Below, piece by piece: positions 38,986 through 47,842 of a stretch of 64,000 bases of DNA (position 1 is the stretch's first letter; each line of letters opens with the position of its first letter). The stretch covers positions 210,026 to 274,025 of the forward strand of contig CBDCCN010000002.1 of NCBI GenBank assembly GCA_965214865.1. Reading direction: 5' to 3'. Source of the DNA: Vicinamibacterales bacterium (lineage in GTDB: Bacteria; Acidobacteriota; Vicinamibacteria; Vicinamibacterales; UBA8438). The translations under genes were made by a program, and so were the position numbers. Below the pieces are notes generated by a model. That model did no database searches. It had not been told where the DNA came from and was given only the letters and a program-made list of their open reading frames with translations.

Positions 38986-39678
38986 ATGGACTTCATCGGC
39001 GAGCGCCTCCGCGAGACCCGCAAGCTGCGCGGTCTCACCCAGTTGCAGCTCGCGCACCGCACCGGCATCGCGCGGCACCTGATCCCGATGGTCGAGCACG
39101 GCAAGTCGGGCCTGTCGCCGGCCAACCTGTCGGCCGCCGCCCAGGCACTGCGCGTCTCGGTCGACTACCTGTTCGGGCTCACCGACGACCCGACGCCCGC
39201 CGCCCAGCTCGCCTCGCGGGTCCGGGCGCTCGAAGACGACAGCGCCCGCGCCGGGGCGCTCGACGAGGGCGACTTCGTCGGCGTCTGGGAGGTGGCCACC
39301 GCCGCGGGCGGCGGGGCCGAGGTCGACCGCGAGCGGGTCATCGGCCGCATCAAGTTCCGGCGGGCGTGGCTCACGAGCCATGGCCTCGCCGCCGGCGACT
39401 GCCGCATCATCCAGGTGCTCGGGGAGTCGATGGAGCCCACCCTGGTGGACGGCTGCTCGATCCTCGTCAACCACGCCAGCCGGCGGCGGCGCGAAGGCGG
39501 CATCTACGTGGTCCGAACCGCCGACGGCTTGATCGTCAAGCGCGCCGGCAAGGAAGCGGACGGGAGCTGGCTGCTCGTCAGCGACCACCCCGACAAGCGG
39601 GCGTGGCCGACGCTGCCCTGGCCCGACGACGCGGCCGTGCTCGGCGAGGTCCGCTGGACCGCGCGGACGTTTCTGTGA
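38986..39678 (+). CDS. CI/LexA-like repressor (XRE HTH plus S24 peptidase domain)
   Basis: HTH (LRGLTQLQLAHRTGIARHLIPMVEHG). S24 Ser/Lys dyad context (VLGESMEPTL ... GLIVKRAG). The ATG lies only about 22 bp from the IS right end. Confidence 0.85.
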   Translation: MDFIGERLRETRKLRGLTQLQLAHRTGIARHLIPMVEHGKSGLSPANLSAAAQALRVSVDYLFGLTDDPTPAAQLASRVRALEDDSARAGALDEGDFVGVWEVATAAGGGAEVDRERVIGRIKFRRAWLTSHGLAAGDCRIIQVLGESMEPTLVDGCSILVNHASRRRREGGIYVVRTADGLIVKRAGKEADGSWLLVSDHPDKRAWPTLPWPDDAAVLGEVRWTARTFL

Positions 39679-39690
39679 GGGAGAGAGTCT

Positions 39691-40881
39691 ATGGAACCGA
39701 TCGTCAGTGAGATCGAGGGCGTCCGACCCGATGCGGCGGAGTGGGCGATGGCCGTGCCGGTGGCGAAGCCGCGGCAAGCCGGGGAGCGGGGAGCATCGAA
39801 GGCCGGCGCCGGCAAGCCAGCCGCACGCCGCCGCGTGCGGGTCGCCGAGGGCATCTACCGGGACCGGCACGGACTGGCCGCCACGGTCAAGGTCAACGGC
39901 ATCCAGCGCGAGGTCCGTTTCCCGCCCGGCACGCCGCTCAGGACCATTCGGGCGAAGCGTGACGAGCTGCGGGCCAGCCTGCGGACACTCCCGGCAGGCG
40001 GCCGGCACACCCTCAGCCACGACGCCGGGCGGTACCTCGATCAGGTGGAGAGCACCCTGATCAGCTTCGGCGACCGCCGCCGCGAACTGCTGGCGTGGCT
40101 GCCGCGGTTCGGGCACCTGCGGACGACGGCGCTCCCGGCGCACCTGCCGATGCTCAACGCCCAGCTTCACGAGTGGCGCCGGACGCTCGCCGCCTCGACC
40201 TGCAACCACCGCCGCCACGCCCTGACGAACCTCGTCCGCGTGCTCTACGGCCGCCGCGCCTCGTTCGACCTGCTCGACCTCGTCCGCTTCGCCCCGCCGC
40301 CCCCGAAGCCCCGCTGGGTCGACCGCCGCCACATCGCTGCGGTTCTGGCGGAGATCCCGGCCGGATCCGTTACCGGCGTGCGGCTGGAGCTGATGCACTG
40401 GACCGGGATGCGGCCGTCGCAGATGGGCAGACTCCGCGCGGATGACTTCCGGCTCGACGAGCCGATCCCCTACGTGGCGGTTCCGCGAGGGAAGGGCGGC
40501 CGGATCGCCGCCGTCCCGCTGGTGCCGGAGGGCGTCGCCGCCGCGCGCGCCTTCCTCGACGCCGAAGCCTTCGGGCCGTGGCCCCGCAGCAGCGTCAACC
40601 GGGCGCTCGCCCGAGCAGCGCGCAAGGCCGGCCGGCCGGTGTTCACCACCTACCAGATCCGGCACTCGTTCGCAGCCGGCCTGCGCCGGGCCGGGACGGA
40701 CGTGGCGGACATCCAGGACCTCTATGGACACACCCGGCCCGAGACGACCATGATCTATGCGCCACCGGAGCTGGCGAAGCATCTGGCGGCGCTCGAACGG
40801 CTGCGCAGCGACGACGCGGAGGGCGGGCCGGAACCGGCTGGCCAGCCCGTTCTGGCTGGCACTAACGGCTGGCAGGGTTAA
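39691..40881 (+). CDS. Tyrosine recombinase/phage-type integrase
   Basis: Catalytic signature elements HWTGMRPSQM (Arg), IRHSFAAGLRRAG (HxxR) and GHTRPETTMIYA (Tyr). It starts 12 nt after the repressor stop and lies next to the right junction. Confidence 0.9.
   Translation: MEPIVSEIEGVRPDAAEWAMAVPVAKPRQAGERGASKAGAGKPAARRRVRVAEGIYRDRHGLAATVKVNGIQREVRFPPGTPLRTIRAKRDELRASLRTLPAGGRHTLSHDAGRYLDQVESTLISFGDRRRELLAWLPRFGHLRTTALPAHLPMLNAQLHEWRRTLAASTCNHRRHALTNLVRVLYGRRASFDLLDLVRFAPPPPKPRWVDRRHIAAVLAEIPAGSVTGVRLELMHWTGMRPSQMGRLRADDFRLDEPIPYVAVPRGKGGRIAAVPLVPEGVAAARAFLDAEAFGPWPRSSVNRALARAARKAGRPVFTTYQIRHSFAAGLRRAGTDVADIQDLYGHTRPETTMIYAPPELAKHLAALERLRSDDAEGGPEPAGQPVLAGTNGWQG
40828..40875. repeat. Right subterminal cluster of GGCTGGC(A) repeats (CCGGAACCGGCTGGCCAG, CTGGCTGGCAC, ACGGCTGGCAG), same orientation as the left cluster
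   Basis: It lies 69 to 116 bp inside the right junction, within the 3' end of the integrase ORF. Confidence 0.7.
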
Positions 40882-40943
40882 CGCGTGACGCACATAATGG
40901 ATTTGAATAAGCTGGTTACGGCGTTCGTCGTTAGCGTGATACC

Positions 40944-40953
40944 GGACTGGGAG
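40944..40953. repeat. Right copy of the 10-bp direct repeat GGACTGGGAG (candidate att core)
   Basis: Identical to 30663..30672. Confidence 0.7.
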
Positions 40954-41436
40954 GCGGGGGCCTACAGCCCGCGCACCAACATGATGTACATGCCGCTGCG
41001 CAACGCCTGCGCGCGGATGGCGCCGCTCGACGATGGGGGCCGGTCGCTCTACAGCCTCAGCATGCGCAACGAGCTGGCGCCCGGCACCGACCGGCTCGGC
41101 GCGGTGTGGGCGATCTCCGCGGAGACCGGCGTGACGGCGTGGACCTGGGAGCAGCGCGCCGCCACGATGTCGCTGGCGGTGACGGCCGGGGGCCTCGTCT
41201 TCGTCGGCGACGTCAACGGCCGGTTCCGCGCCCTCGACGACGAGACCGGCGCGGTGCTCTGGGAGGTCAACCTCGGGTCGCCGGTCAGCGGCTTCCCCGT
41301 GACCTATGCGGTCGACGGCCGGCAGTACGTCGTGGCGGGCACCGGCACGGGCGGCAACGCCTCGCGCTGGAGCGCGATGACCCCGGAGCTGCGGCCGAGC
41401 AGCGGCAACAACCTCTTCGTCTTCGCGTTGCCTTAG
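40954..41436 (+). pseudogene. PQQ-dependent dehydrogenase, 3' portion (about 160 codons)
   Basis: ..AGAYSPRTNMMYMPL...GGLVFVGDVNGRFRALDDETGAVLWEVNLGSPVSGFPVTYAVDGRQYVVAGTG.. are the typical last propeller blades. The track ORF start at 40885 is element sequence. Confidence 0.85.
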
Positions 41437-41557
41437 GGCATAGCAGAGCGACCGGGTAACGGGCAAGTTATTTGGCGTGATCCCAACCGCAAAACGGCCG
41501 TCGCAAGAGCACGCTACGAACGCGCCGTGGCGCACCGGAAACGCGCCGAACAAGCCG

Positions 41558-41773
41558 TCATTCACTCGGCGCCTCCGGCCGGCTTATCCGCTGCGCAGCA
41601 ACCGCGATGCCGGGATCGTCTTCGTCCGGTGCGGACCGCGCGATCAACTCCGCGGAATGATCAGCGATACGATCCACGTCCTGGACCAGCAGATCGAGTA
41701 AATCCGCGATCCGTTCGGTCGCGATCCGTATCCGCTCCAGGTTCCGCGCATCGATTTGATCCTGCCGAGTCAT
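41558..41773 (-). CDS. Possible small helical protein (uncertain)
   Basis: MTRQDQIDARNLERIRIATERIADLLDLLVQDVDRIADH.. has non-shadow composition. An upstream piece (MPHLSRFVRDGQTEAALQTVDRINRLL..) lies in another frame. Confidence 0.3.
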   Translation of the reverse strand: MTRQDQIDARNLERIRIATERIADLLDLLVQDVDRIADHSAELIARSAPDEDDPGIAVAAQRISRPEAPSE

Positions 41774-42039
41774 CGTGAGGTCTCCAATCCTGAATCATGA
41801 CGGCCGCCGCCAGCAGCCGGTTGATGCGGTCAACCGTCTGTAGCGCCGCCTCCGTTTGCCCGTCCCGAACGAAACGCGACAGATGCGGCATGGCATCGAT
41901 TGGTAGTCGTTCATGATTTGCGACACGGCTGTCCGGGTCAGAACGTGTGGCGGAATCCAACTCAATCCCGTATAGAATGGGTGAAATGGATGTTGTAGCC
42001 AAGACGGCCCCGACTCCCCGCAGAACCAAGCGCCGAGGT

Positions 42040-42192
42040 CGCCACCCCGACAAGGCCCTCTCGTTCGCCTTCGTCCGTTCCGCCCCGCCCGGTCGGCACG
42101 CAGACGGCAACGGCTTGTACCTGTTCGTCTAGCCGACCGGCACCCGAAGCCGGGTCCAGCGGCTCGTCATCCGCGGCCGGCGCCGCCGGTAG
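42040..42192 (+). pseudogene. Remnant of a P4-type integrase N-terminal (arm-binding, DUF4102-like) domain with an in-frame TAG
   Basis: ..ALSFAFVRSAPPGRHADGNGLYLFV*PTGTRSRVQRLVIRGRRRR* matches the signature 'l.Da.vraa.p....l.DggGLyL.V.ptG.ksW..ry...Gkrr'. No catalytic domain follows. Confidence 0.55.
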
Positions 42193-42545
42193 CGCAAGGG
42201 CCGTGTTCGCACAGGGCGAGACGATCGGAGAATGCCGCTACACCTTGTTCGGCGATCGTTATATGAGCACGCGGTCAATCGACAGGCCCGACGTGTTCCT
42301 GTTGGACGAGTGCACCGGGAGAACCTGGATTCTCAGCCGCAATAGGGGGGAATGGTTCCCGATCGACCGGTGATGAACTGACTTGGTGGCCACCGCGGCG
42401 GTCGCGCAGGAGCCGGACGACGAAGCGCCCGCCCACCGCCCACCGGCTTCCTGCTGGCGGCGCTGCCGATGAAGAGAGCGGGCGGCACGGGCGCGCCGGT
42501 CAGAACCGTCGCGCTGATCCCGCCGTCCTGACGCGGCGCCGGCTC

Positions 42546-43814
42546 TCATTCAGGGAGATACGGAATCGTCTGCGGGCCCTCGGGCAGGACGCACACCCGC
42601 GCGCCCGGGCCGGCCCGGTCGAGCTGCTCGCGCGTCGTCTCGGCGACGTCGTCGATGGGCGTCAGATGCGCTGCCCGGACTTCGTCCGGCGCGAGGCCGT
42701 CGGTCTTCAGGAATACGGCGGCGCGCTGCTGGATCTGCGCCTGAATCTGCACCTCCCACTGATCGTGCCGGTTGTGGCCCGGCGCGCAGATCATCTTCAG
42801 CAGCGCCTCCGGCGTCTCCCGCGCGCGGAGAATGTCCCCGTACTCGCCGTGCGACGGCAGCCCGTCGGCGCACTCGGCGGCGCAGACGATGGCCCCGCCC
42901 GGCCTGACCACCTGCGCCGCCGCCGACATGCCCTTCACGCTCTGGTACAGGTTCTGGTCGAGCGGGTAGCCGCTGTTCGTGGTCACGACCACGTCGAACG
43001 GTGCGTCGAAGGCCTGCATGGCGCTCTGCTTGACGCGAGCCGCCATCGTCCCGTGCACGGCGAAGATCTCCCCCGCCGCGACGCTCGTGATCCGCCGGTC
43101 GCGGTTGATCGCCACGTCGACGCTGAAGTGGACGCCCACGTGCGCCGCGATGCGGCGAATCGCGTCGTGGATCGGGTTGCCCTCGGTGACGCCCCAGCGC
43201 GCGTTCGGGCTGCCGATCATCTCCGCGTCGTGCAGCCGCATCGTCGTCCGGAACCCGGCCAGCCCCGGCGCCACCAGCTTCGGCCCGCCGCTGAAGCCGG
43301 CGAAGAAGTGCGGCTCGACGAACCCTGTCGTTATGCGGAAGTCGGCGTCGACCCAGTGCCGGTTCAGCCAGACCGGCACGTTCGGCTCCACCTCGCCCAG
43401 ATGCACCAGTCCGTCCTCGTCGAAGGCGCTGTGGTTGACGATGCGGTAGCGGTCGACGATCGGCTCGCCGAGCATCTCGATCAGTTCGCCGCGGTCGTTC
43501 GGGCGATGCGTCCCGGCGGCGATCAGAATGACGATCCGGTCGTCGGGCACGTGGGCCAGTTCGCCCAGCAGGACGGGCAACAACGTGTGGCTGGGCATCG
43601 GCCGGGTGACGTCGCAGACCGAGATGGCGACGGTCCGGTCGGACTCGACGAGCGACGCGAGCGGCGGCGTCTCCAGCGGCATCCGCAGGGCGTGGCGGAT
43701 GGCCGCCGCCTCGTCCGGCAGGCCGTCGACGTAGGACGGCTCCAGCACCGTCGTGCGGCCGTCGGGGAACTCGACCGGCAGGCGTCCGCGGCCGTAGGCG
43801 AGATCGACGTTCAT
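42546..43814 (-). CDS. larA: LarA-like nickel-dependent (lactate) racemase family protein (DUF2088)
   Basis: 422 aa, with ..AISVCDVTRPMP.., ..ILIAAGTHRP.., ..TTGFVEPHFFAGFSGGPK.. and ..SVKGM.., which are characteristic LarA blocks. Confidence 0.8.
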   Translation of the reverse strand: MNVDLAYGRGRLPVEFPDGRTTVLEPSYVDGLPDEAAAIRHALRMPLETPPLASLVESDRTVAISVCDVTRPMPSHTLLPVLLGELAHVPDDRIVILIAAGTHRPNDRGELIEMLGEPIVDRYRIVNHSAFDEDGLVHLGEVEPNVPVWLNRHWVDADFRITTGFVEPHFFAGFSGGPKLVAPGLAGFRTTMRLHDAEMIGSPNARWGVTEGNPIHDAIRRIAAHVGVHFSVDVAINRDRRITSVAAGEIFAVHGTMAARVKQSAMQAFDAPFDVVVTTNSGYPLDQNLYQSVKGMSAAAQVVRPGGAIVCAAECADGLPSHGEYGDILRARETPEALLKMICAPGHNRHDQWEVQIQAQIQQRAAVFLKTDGLAPDEVRAAHLTPIDDVAETTREQLDRAGPGARVCVLPEGPQTIPYLPE

Positions 43815-43945
43815 GGCGGAATCATACCGCGCCCGCGCGAAGCTTCCTGCGGACCTGCGGCGCCCGCAGGGCACGGCCGGCAGCGTGTCCGGGAGTCTGC
43901 GCCGCTTCTGCGGCGCAGACTCCCGGCCCGCCGCCCGATACGAAT

Positions 43946-44503
43946 TCACGCCGCGCCGACCGCCAGGACGCGCCGGACACCCGCCCCCGCCTCGGCGGCG
44001 CGCGCGACGATCTGCTCGTCGCTCAACGTGCTGAGCGGGTGCGTGACGACCACCGGTTCGAGAAGTTCGGCCCCGAGCGCCGTCCGCTGCACGTCGGCCT
44101 CGTGCAGGAACGCGTCGGTCACGATGACCGCCGTCGGGACGCCCCGCTCCTCCAGGCCGACCGCGTCGTGCAGACTGCACGACGTGCACGACCCTCAATC
44201 GCCTATCGCGGTAATCACCGCGTCGTTCTCGGCCGCGATCCGGTCGAGCAGGTCCGCCTCGGCCGGGCGCGAGAAGCTCGGCTTGGTGTAGAGGTTCACG
44301 CCGGCCAGCGTCAGATCCGCCTCCAGCCCGCTGACGACGTGGCGGAGCAGCTTCGAGGCGTTCCACTTGGCGTTGTCCAGCACGCCGATCCGCACCCCCT
44401 CCAACGTCGTCAGGCGGGCCGCCGGCTCGCGCGGCTCTGCAGTGACCGTCCCGCGGGGGTCGTAGACGATCCGTCCGTCCGGCAGTCGTCGTTCGCCGGT
44501 CAT
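43946..44503 (-). CDS. UGSC-motif selenoprotein (in-frame TGA = Sec at 44195..44197)
   Basis: The ORF track stops at the TGA (..AVITAIGD*). The same frame continues GSCTSCSLHDAVGLEERGVPTAVIV...THPLS.. to a TGA at 43946. Both halves are conserved in the paralog at 50762..51295, and a hairpin follows the TGA. Confidence 0.75.
44164..44184 (-). promoter_or_regulatory. Candidate bacterial SECIS hairpin (CGUCGUGC-AGUCU-GCACGACG)
   Basis: A perfect 8-bp stem starts 11 nt 3' of the UGA, with a 5-nt loop containing GU. Confidence 0.55.
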
Positions 44504-44533
44504 CGGCCGCTGCTCCGGATCACGTGGCCGGCC

Positions 44534-45646
44534 TCAAAGCGTGCACGTCCCGTCTTCGCACTCGCCGGTCGCCGGCGGCCGTCCGTCGATCGCCCGCAGC
44601 ACCGGCGACGTCATGTGGCCCCACCCGGGCAGGAACGCCGAGAACCGGCCGGCCGCGCCGCCCGCCACGAACAGATGGATGTCGTCGGCTGACGGCACGA
44701 TGGGGATGCGTGCTCCCGGCTCGCGCTTGTACCAGCGCGGGAGGTTCCGGTTGTAGATCTTCCCGTAGCGCCCTCCGAAGCTGATGTCGTCGAACGTGTT
44801 GGTCGTCGCCCACCAGAGGTAGCGCCGCACATCCTGCCGGGTCCACTGCCTCGCGGCGATCGTCGCGGCGTGCTCCGGGCCGATCACGACGGCGCACGAG
44901 CCGCTGCTGACGGCGTTGTTGTGCGCGATGGTGCTCATCGCCGAGGCGATGCTGTCGAGGATCCCTTCCGGGTCGTCGGCCACGTGGTTGGTGACGCTGT
45001 GCGGGCCCTCGGCGGCGATGCAGAAGACGGTGCTGTCCTCGGGGCGGTAGCCGTGCTCGACGTGGTACGGCGCCCACGGACCCGCCTCTTCGTTTTCGGC
45101 GATACAGAAGGTGTACTTGCCGGGGTGGCCCAGCGTGCTCTTGTCGAGCTCGCCGGGCCAACCGCCGCCGACGTTGAGCAGCACGAGACGGATGGCGCGG
45201 CCGATGGTGGCGTTGGCCCGGAAGCCCGAGCCGAAGACGTTCGGGCCGGCGTTCAGCCCGATCTCGTGCCGGACGGGCCCGTTCACCACGACCAATGGCG
45301 CCGCCATGTGGGTGGTCGCCTGCACGCCGTGGAGGTTGAAGGGACCGCTCGTCAGCGCCAGGAGCGCGGCCCGCACGACCGGCCCGTATTCCGGCCGGCA
45401 GCCGGCGAGCACCAGGTTGATCGCCAGCACCTCGCGCGTCAGGTTGCCCCAGCGCGGCGGGATGCGGGCTTCGAGACGGTCGGGCTCGCCCCCGAGCGCG
45501 TCGACCATCGCCGCCACCGTCGCCGGCGTGGGCGGGACCACGGGCAGGCCGTCCGTCCAGCCCTGCTCGAAGTAGTACTCGATCAGGTCCGCCGTTTCGC
45601 CGGCGTGCGGCGCATCCCGGGCGATCGGCATCGCCGGCGTCGTCAT
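44534..45646 (-). CDS. Conserved hypothetical protein, partner of the UGSC selenoprotein (GLPVVPPT / AGCRPEY / FNLHGVQATT / RANATIGRA motifs)
   Basis: 370 aa, about 50 to 55% identical by eye to residues about 190..420 of the 51643..53309 product. Its stop lies 30 nt before the UGSC start. The C-terminus carries GECEDGTC. Confidence 0.7.
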   Translation of the reverse strand: MTTPAMPIARDAPHAGETADLIEYYFEQGWTDGLPVVPPTPATVAAMVDALGGEPDRLEARIPPRWGNLTREVLAINLVLAGCRPEYGPVVRAALLALTSGPFNLHGVQATTHMAAPLVVVNGPVRHEIGLNAGPNVFGSGFRANATIGRAIRLVLLNVGGGWPGELDKSTLGHPGKYTFCIAENEEAGPWAPYHVEHGYRPEDSTVFCIAAEGPHSVTNHVADDPEGILDSIASAMSTIAHNNAVSSGSCAVVIGPEHAATIAARQWTRQDVRRYLWWATTNTFDDISFGGRYGKIYNRNLPRWYKREPGARIPIVPSADDIHLFVAGGAAGRFSAFLPGWGHMTSPVLRAIDGRPPATGECEDGTCTL

Positions 45647-45736
45647 GCGCCGCTCGGAGTGACCGGCCGAAGCACGAGTGTCTTGACGACGGCGGACGGC
45701 ATGTTGGGACTCTCCTCCACCGGGGCCGAATGCAGT

Positions 45737-47842
45737 CTACCGTACGTCCTTGAATCCCCGGCCCGCCTCCGCGAGCCGCTTCAGCAGCGGGGCCGGCTTC
45801 AGCCACTCGCCGTGCTCGTCGTGGAGGCGGCTCATCGTGTCGTAGATCGTCCGAAGGCCGACCAGGTCGGCCCAGAACATCGGCCCGCCGCGGTAGCGCG
45901 GAAAGCCGTAGCCGTGCATCCAGATGACGTCGATGTCGCCGGCGCGCAGGGCGAGGCCCTCGTCGAGGATCTTCGCGCCCTCGTTGACGAGCGGATACAG
46001 GCACCGCGGGACGATCTCGTCGTCGCCGATCGCACGCCGCTCGATCCCGAGCTCCGTCGAGACGCCGGCGATGAGCGCGTGGATGGCCGGATCCGGAATC
46101 GGGACGCGGCTGCCCTTCTCGTAGCGGTACCAGCCGGCGCCGGTCTTCTGCCCGTAGCGGCCCTGCTCGCAGATGCGGTCGGCGATCGGCGAGTAGCGCA
46201 GGTGGGCCGGCCGGGTCGGCGCCTGCGCCTTCCGCACCCGCCAGCTCACGTCGAGCCCGGCGAGATCCGCCATCCGGTAGGGCCCCATCGGCAGGCCGAA
46301 GTCGTAGACGACCCGATCGATCTGCTCCGGCAGCGCCCCTTCCTCCAGCAGGAAGTCGGCCTGCCGGCGGTAGGCGTAGAGCATCCGGTTGCCGACGAAG
46401 CCGTCGCAGACGCCGACCAGCACGCCCACCTTGCCCAGCTTCTTCGAAAGCTTCATGACGGTGGCGATGGTCTGCGCCGACGTGCGGGCGCCGCGCACGT
46501 TCTCCATCAGCTTCATGACGTTCGCCGGACTGAAGAAGTGGGTGCCGATGACCTGCTCCGGCCGCGACGTGGCGGCGGCGATGGCGTCGACGTCGAGGGT
46601 CGACGTGTTGGTGGCCAGGATCGCTCCCGGCTTGCACACGCGGTCGAGCCGGGCGAACACCTCCTTCTTGAGCGGCAGCTCCTCGAATACCGCCTCGATC
46701 ACGACATCGGCCGCGCCGAGGTCCGCGTCGTCGAGGGTCGGCGTGATGCGCGCCAGCCGGGCGTCCATCTCCGCCTGCGACAGCCGTCCCTTCGAGACGG
46801 TCGCCGCGTAGTTCCGGCGGACGACGGCCATGCCGCGGTCGAGCGCCTCCTGCGACGATTCGAGAACCGTGACCGGCAGGCCGGCGTTGGCGACGCTCAT
46901 CGCGATGCCGCCGCCCATGGTGCCGCAGCCGACGACTCCCGCCGCCGCTATCGGCCGCACCGGGGTATCCTTCGGCACGTCCGGGATCTTCGCCACCTCG
47001 CGCTCGGCGAAGAAGGCATGCCGCTGCGCCGCCGACTGGTCCGATTCGCGGAGCCGGTCGAACACCGCCCGCTCGTTCTTCAGCGCCTCGGCGTACGGCA
47101 TCGTCAGCGCCTTCTCCACGCAGTCGACGCAGGCGTACGGCGCATCGAAGCCGCGGGCGCGCTTCGCCATCTTCCGGCGGAAGTTCTCGAAGATCTCCGG
47201 CCGGCCGCGCGCCGCGTCCAGGTGCTCCTCCAGCCTCGACGCCCGCCGCAAGGGCGCGCCGTCGGCCGCGAACTGCCGGGCCCGCGCGATCGCCGTCTTC
47301 ACCAGGTCGCCTTCGACGCACTCGTCCACGAAGCCGAACTCGACCGCCTTGTCCACCGGGTGAAGCTTCCCGCCGACGATCACGTCGAGCGCCGCCTCGA
47401 CGCCGATGAGCCGCGGCATGCGTTGCGTGCCGCCCGCGCCGGGCAGGATGCCGAGCGTCACTTCCGGCAGGCCGAGCCGCGTGCCGGGGGCGGCGAGCCG
47501 TAGGTGGCACGCCAGGGCCACCTCCATCCCGCCGCCTGCCGCCACTCCGTGGATGGCGGCGACCACCGGCTTCGGCGACGCCTCGATCGCGTCCAGAACC
47601 GCGGGCAGGGACGCCGCGCCCGGCGGCGGCGGCGCGCTGAACTCCCGGATGTCGGCCCCGCCGCAGAACATCCGGTCCGCGCCGGCGAGGACGATCGCCC
47701 TGACGGCGTCGTCGGCCAGCGCCTCGGCCACGCGCTCGCCGAGGGCGGCGCGCATGGCCCAGCTCAGACCGTTGACCGGCGGGTTGTCCAGACGCAGCAG
47801 CGCAACGTCGTCGTGGCGTTCGAACGTGACGGAACCGGGCAT
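45737..47842 (-). CDS. Bifunctional enoyl-CoA hydratase / 3-hydroxyacyl-CoA dehydrogenase (FadJ/FadB-like)
   Basis: N-terminal crotonase fold (LDNPPVNGL.., FCGGADIREF). NAD-binding GVVGCGTMGGGIA. 3HCDH C-terminal domains. RBS AGGAAGG before ATG 47842. Confidence 0.9.
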   Translation of the reverse strand: MPGSVTFERHDDVALLRLDNPPVNGLSWAMRAALGERVAEALADDAVRAIVLAGADRMFCGGADIREFSAPPPPGAASLPAVLDAIEASPKPVVAAIHGVAAGGGMEVALACHLRLAAPGTRLGLPEVTLGILPGAGGTQRMPRLIGVEAALDVIVGGKLHPVDKAVEFGFVDECVEGDLVKTAIARARQFAADGAPLRRASRLEEHLDAARGRPEIFENFRRKMAKRARGFDAPYACVDCVEKALTMPYAEALKNERAVFDRLRESDQSAAQRHAFFAEREVAKIPDVPKDTPVRPIAAAGVVGCGTMGGGIAMSVANAGLPVTVLESSQEALDRGMAVVRRNYAATVSKGRLSQAEMDARLARITPTLDDADLGAADVVIEAVFEELPLKKEVFARLDRVCKPGAILATNTSTLDVDAIAAATSRPEQVIGTHFFSPANVMKLMENVRGARTSAQTIATVMKLSKKLGKVGVLVGVCDGFVGNRMLYAYRRQADFLLEEGALPEQIDRVVYDFGLPMGPYRMADLAGLDVSWRVRKAQAPTRPAHLRYSPIADRICEQGRYGQKTGAGWYRYEKGSRVPIPDPAIHALIAGVSTELGIERRAIGDDEIVPRCLYPLVNEGAKILDEGLALRAGDIDVIWMHGYGFPRYRGGPMFWADLVGLRTIYDTMSRLHDEHGEWLKPAPLLKRLAEAGRGFKDVR

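Larger units (their letters stand above)
30673..40943. mobile_element. Integrative element/genomic island of about 10.3 kb inserted in a PQQ dehydrogenase gene
   Basis: The target gene is split. The element is flanked by a 10-bp direct repeat and has a tyrosine integrase plus an S24 repressor at its right end. GC is locally lower, and the cargo includes IS copies and pseudogenes. Confidence 0.8.

Noticed and set aside
40885-40953. ATG at 40885 as the start of an independent 183-aa gene
   Set aside because: The first 20 codons are element-derived sequence with no similarity to quinoproteins. The ORF is the 3' remnant of the split gene.
38953-41565. 870-aa minus-strand ORF
   Set aside because: It is antisense to the repressor, the integrase and the PQQ 3' fragment, all of which have clear motifs.
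44195-44197. Treating the TGAs at 44195 and 51008 as ordinary stops, which would give four small separate genes
   Set aside because: The downstream in-frame sequence is protein-like and conserved between the two loci. The pieces after the TGA have no independent start or RBS. Both TGAs are followed by a positioned hairpin.
44520-47510. 996-aa minus ORF and 877-aa plus ORF (44870..47503)
   Set aside because: They are off-frame or antisense to the UGSC-partner and FadJ-like genes, with shadow composition.
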